Origin: Candidatus Fervidifonticultor quintus
GTDB lineage: Bacteria > Sysuimicrobiota > Sysuimicrobiia > Sysuimicrobiales > Humicultoraceae
Direction of reading: 5' to 3'
Length of the DNA: 10,550 nt
Assembly (NCBI GenBank): GCA_031459535.1
Contig: JAVKIJ010000095.1
Coordinates: forward strand, 1 to 10,550
Position numbers and translations under genes: made by a program. Each line of letters begins with the position of its first letter. Position 1 is the stretch's first letter. This document shows, one piece after another, positions 7,658-10,550 of this stretch. The notes beneath the pieces were generated by a model. The model was not told where the DNA came from and searched no databases. It saw only the letters and a program-made list of their open reading frames with translations.

Positions 7658-8730
7658 CGCCGGGGCCCGTGGCCCGCCGCCCGCGCCGACGCCTCGCTCC
7701 AGCACATCGCCGCCGCACCCCACGTAAGGCCACCTCCGAACGCCACGAACACCACGTGATCACCCGGACGGATGCGCCCCTGCTCCAGCGCCTCGTACAA
7801 CGCCACGGGCACCGAAGCGGACGACGTATTGCCGTAGCGATCCACATTGATGAAGAAGCGTTCCATGGGCTGCCCCAGGCGCTCGGCGGCCGCCGTGATG
7901 ATCCGGACGTTGGCCTGGTGCGGGATGAAACACTCGATGTCGTCAATCGAGAGACCAGCGGTCGCCACCACCTGTTCGATGGCGCGCGGAATCACGCGCA
8001 CCGCAAACTTGAAGACCTCGCGGCCGTTCATCTTAATGTAGTGGTCACGCGCCGCCACGGTCTGCTCGCTGGCAGGCAGCCGCGACCCGCCAGCCGGTAA
8101 ACTGATCCACTGCCCGCCGGAACCATCCGCGCCCAGATGAAACGCCAGGAAGCCTTCCCCAGGTGGGCATGGCCGCAGCACCACCGCCGCCGCGGCGTCT
8201 CCAAACAGCACGCAGGTGGCGCGATCGGTCCAATCGGTGATGCGCGAGAGGGTCTCGGAGCCGATGACCAGCACGCTCTCCGCCGTGCCCGACGCGATGG
8301 CCGCGTGCCCCATGGCCACGCCATAGGCCCAGCTGCTGCACGCGGCCGAGAGATCGAAGGCACCCGCCCGCTTGGCGCCCAACCGCTCCTGCACCAGGCA
8401 CGCGGTGGCGGGAAAGAGCATGTCCGGCGAAGCGGTCCCCACAATGACCAGGTCCAGGTCGCCAGCGTCGACGCCGGCGTCGAGCAGGGCCTCCTGGGCG
8501 GCTTCCACCGCCAGGTCCGACGTGGCCACATCGGGCGGCGCGACGCGGCGCTCGCGGATGCCGGTGCGGGTCTGAATCCACTCATCAGTGGTGTCCACGA
8601 GCTTCTCGAGATCGTGGTTGGTGAGGATCTCGGCCGGAATCGCCCGCCCGATGCCGGCGATGGTCGACCCTCGCCTGATCCCTGAGCGCATCGCTGGGCG
8701 CACACGCTCGGCCTGTTTGACATACGCCAC
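7654..8730 (-). CDS. fabH: Beta-ketoacyl-ACP synthase III
   Basis: WIQTRTGIRERR, AAC (Cys), LFGD, PHQAN (His), GNTSSAS (Asn) and FGGGLTWG. GTG at 8730 is preferred because GGGGGG lies 6 nt upstream; TTG 8736 or ATG 8691 are possible. Confidence 0.95.
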   Translation of the reverse strand: MAYVKQAERVRPAMRSGIRRGSTIAGIGRAIPAEILTNHDLEKLVDTTDEWIQTRTGIRERRVAPPDVATSDLAVEAAQEALLDAGVDAGDLDLVIVGTASPDMLFPATACLVQERLGAKRAGAFDLSAACSSWAYGVAMGHAAIASGTAESVLVIGSETLSRITDWTDRATCVLFGDAAAAVVLRPCPPGEGFLAFHLGADGSGGQWISLPAGGSRLPASEQTVAARDHYIKMNGREVFKFAVRVIPRAIEQVVATAGLSIDDIECFIPHQANVRIITAAAERLGQPMERFFINVDRYGNTSSASVPVALYEALEQGRIRPGDHVVFVAFGGGLTWGAAAMCWSEASARAAGHGPRR

Positions 8731-8793
8731 GGTCAACCCCCCAACCCCACCGGCCGCCGCTTCCGCAGGCTGGCCCGTAGCTGGCGTCGGTTC

Positions 8794-9003
8794 TCAGGAC
8801 TCCTTCTTCTTCTTCTTCTTCGATCGTGCGGACTCGACCGCGATGACCTCACGCCCCGCATAGTAGCCGCACGAGGGACACACTCGGTGCGGCACGATCA
8901 GAGTCTTGCACTGGGGACACGTGACCAGTGTCACCGGAGCCGCCTTCCACGTACTGCGGCGGCTCCCTGTTCTCGACCTCGGATGCCGACGTTTCTGAGC
9001 CAC
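8794..9003 (-). CDS. rpmF: 50S ribosomal protein L32 (zinc-ribbon type), 69 aa
   Basis: C-terminal part of the 8794..9444 ORF: KRRHPRSRTGSRR...CPQC...PHRVCPSCGYYAGREV. GTG at 9003 with AGGAGG 7 nt upstream; follows yceD. Confidence 0.95.
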   Translation of the reverse strand: MAQKRRHPRSRTGSRRSTWKAAPVTLVTCPQCKTLIVPHRVCPSCGYYAGREVIAVESARSKKKKKKES

Positions 9004-9010
9004 GCACTCT

Positions 9011-9016
9011 CCTCCT
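9011..9016 (-). promoter_or_regulatory. Shine-Dalgarno site of rpmF (AGGAGG)
   Basis: The minus strand reads AGGAGG-agagtgc-GTG. Confidence 0.85.
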
Positions 9017-9046
9017 GTCTCCCGTTGCCGTTCCGCTGTCCACATC

Positions 9047-9622
9047 CTAGCAGCCGCCACCCGACGGCCGACCCTGGCCCCATCGGGAGAGCGGGGCCAG
9101 CCGGGGATCGACCGCGGCGGGCCCTGGGGACTCCCGCGAGCAACGGCACGGCTCGAGGCGAAGATTGGCGCCGCAGCCGGCGCATAGCCCCGGGCAGTCC
9201 GGGCTGCAGTGGGCCGCCATGGGCAGCGCCAGCACCAGCGCATCGCGGGCCAGCGTTTCCAGGTCGAGTTCGATGCTCTCGCCGATCCGGATGAGGTAGC
9301 CGGCCTCGCCCTCGGCCGCTGCTCCCGGTGCGGTCGCCGACCCCCACCCCGCCTCCTCCTCCACCGCTGCATCCAGATGATACGCGAACGGCGAACCGCA
9401 CCGGTCGCAGATGAGCGTCGCCACCGTTCGCAGCCGCCCTTCAATCCGCAGAACGGCGCCGAGATTCGTCAATGTGATCGTGCCCTCGACCGGGTGGACG
9501 AACGGAATCTCGTCAATGCGGCTGGCGACCGTGTCGTGGATCTGGACTGCCAGCGTTGCGCCGCGCTCGGCGCGCACCTGCCGCAGATCCAGCCTCAAGG
9601 CGCGCCCGCTCCCATCAGGCAT
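9047..9622 (-). CDS. yceD: DUF177/YceD family protein
   Basis: CDRC, IELDLETLARDALVLALPM, CSPDCPGLCAGCGANL..C.C and DPRLAPL; directly upstream of rpmF. Confidence 0.92.
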   Translation of the reverse strand: MPDGSGRALRLDLRQVRAERGATLAVQIHDTVASRIDEIPFVHPVEGTITLTNLGAVLRIEGRLRTVATLICDRCGSPFAYHLDAAVEEEAGWGSATAPGAAAEGEAGYLIRIGESIELDLETLARDALVLALPMAAHCSPDCPGLCAGCGANLRLEPCRCSRESPGPAAVDPRLAPLSRWGQGRPSGGGC

Positions 9623-9630
9623 ATCATGCC

Positions 9631-9660
9631 ATTATAGGAACGCGCGAAAAGAGGTGTCAA
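9631..9660 (-). promoter_or_regulatory. Sigma70/SigA promoter, TTGACA-N18-TATAAT
   Basis: The minus strand reads TTGACA (9660-9655) cctcttttcgcgcgttcc TATAAT (9636-9631). Both hexamers are perfect, intergenic and point into yceD. Confidence 0.92.
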
Positions 9661-9705
9661 CGAACGGCGGCGGGACGAGCAATGGCAGCGGCCGTTCTGT
9701 TCGCC

Positions 9706-10164
9706 CTACCGATCGCGTCGGCCCGGTGAGCGCAGCACCTCCCGGCCGCGCCGGATCGTCGCCAGGATCTTTCCGACTTCTTCCTCAAGGCGCTCCAGGA
9801 CCTGCGCGGCGTACTCATCGGCTCCACGTCGCACGCGTTCCGCTTCGCGCCTGGCATCCTCGACCAACGCCTGTCCTCGGGCAGGTGGCGGGCCGGCCGG
9901 CGAGTTCTCGCTCAAGGCTCGTGCGTGCGCCTGAGCGTCGAGCACGATGCGCCGGGCGTCCTCGCGGGCGCGGGCCAGGGTTCGCTCGGCCTCGTGGAGC
10001 AGGCGGGTGGCCTGATGCAGCTCCCTGGGCAGGGCAGCTCGCGCCATCTGCAGCAGCCCCACCACATCGCGCTCGATGACCTGCCGCTCGGCAGCTGGCA
10101 GCCGGAGCGCATGCCGGCGGAGCAAACCTTCCAGGCGGTCGAGGATCTCCAGGGCGGTTTCCAC
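9706..10164 (-). CDS. Coiled-coil protein, DivIVA/SepIVA-like (coaD-adjacent conserved family)
   Basis: Helical, charged sequence (LPRELHQATRLL, AREDARRIV, ARREAERVRRGADEYAAQVLERLE, IRRGREVL). The position between coaD and yceD is typical of this family. Confidence 0.7.
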   Translation of the reverse strand: METALEILDRLEGLLRRHALRLPAAERQVIERDVVGLLQMARAALPRELHQATRLLHEAERTLARAREDARRIVLDAQAHARALSENSPAGPPPARGQALVEDARREAERVRRGADEYAAQVLERLEEEVGKILATIRRGREVLRSPGRRDR

Positions 10165-10166
10165 GG

Positions 10167-10550
10167 CTACGGCTGAACCGGCCAGCGCGCCCGCAGGCGT
10201 CGGACGACCGGGGGCGGACAGATGCCCTCCACCGAGCCGCCCAGGCGCGCCACCTCCCGAATCAGGGACGACGACACAAACGCATACTCGGGATCGGCAA
10301 TGAAGAGCAGGGTGTCCAGTGTGGGCGCCAGACGCCGGTTCATCGCCGACTGCTTCAGCTCATAGTCGAAGTCACCGACCGCCCGCAGCCCTTTGATCAG
10401 GCACGTTGCTCCCCGCGAGAGCGCAAAGTCCACGGTGAGCCCGGAGTACGCGGCCACTTCGACGGACGGCATGCCGCTGAGGGCTTCCTGGAGCATGGCC
10501 ACGCGGTCGGCCAGGGGAAACGCCCCTGGGACCTTCTCCACGTTCTCTGC
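10167..10550 (-). CDS. coaD: Phosphopantetheine adenylyltransferase (5' end outside the window)
   Basis: GLTVDFA, IKGLRAVGDFDYE, MNRRL and FVSSSLIREVA. The frame is open to the window edge. Confidence 0.93.
   Translation of the reverse strand, partial: AENVEKVPGAFPLADRVAMLQEALSGMPSVEVAAYSGLTVDFALSRGATCLIKGLRAVGDFDYELKQSAMNRRLAPTLDTLLFIADPEYAFVSSSLIREVARLGGSVEGICPPPVVRRLRARWPVQP

Noticed and set aside
9662-9697. Inverted repeat GAACGGC...GCCGTTC after the coiled-coil gene
   Set aside because: Only a 7-bp stem with a 22-nt loop and no U-tract.
635-10303. Many long plus-strand and alternative-frame ORFs (e.g. 635..1633, 2055..3026, 4664..6049, 6594..7589)
   Set aside because: These are shadow ORFs of high-GC genes. 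They overlap well-supported minus-strand genes and show no family motifs.
1-10550. PKS/secondary-metabolite cluster, CRISPR array, tRNA/rRNA or mobile element
   Set aside because: The fab genes are standard FAS-II in the rpmF-rnc context. I saw no repeat-spacer array, RNA gene or transposase/integrase.

Overview
High-GC bacterial window in which every credible gene lies on the minus strand. In transcription order: coaD (5'-truncated), a coiled-coil DivIVA/SepIVA-like protein, a perfect sigma70 promoter, yceD/DUF177, rpmF, fabH, fabD, fabG, acpP, fabF, rnc, a HIT-family protein, a membrane-anchored FAD oxidoreductase, a RibD-C-type reductase, and a 265-aa protein that I read as a bacterial gasdermin (bGSDM). 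The bGSDM call rests on its N-terminal Cys3 motif, alternating beta-hairpin segments and a C-terminal tail resembling the autoinhibitory peptide. The notable point is its context: it sits 18 nt downstream of a run of tightly packed housekeeping genes that includes the fatty-acid-synthesis core. No protease or defence island is visible in the window, though a partner may lie beyond the left edge. plsX is missing from its usual place between rpmF and fabH. All family calls are motif recognition from memory; no searches were run.
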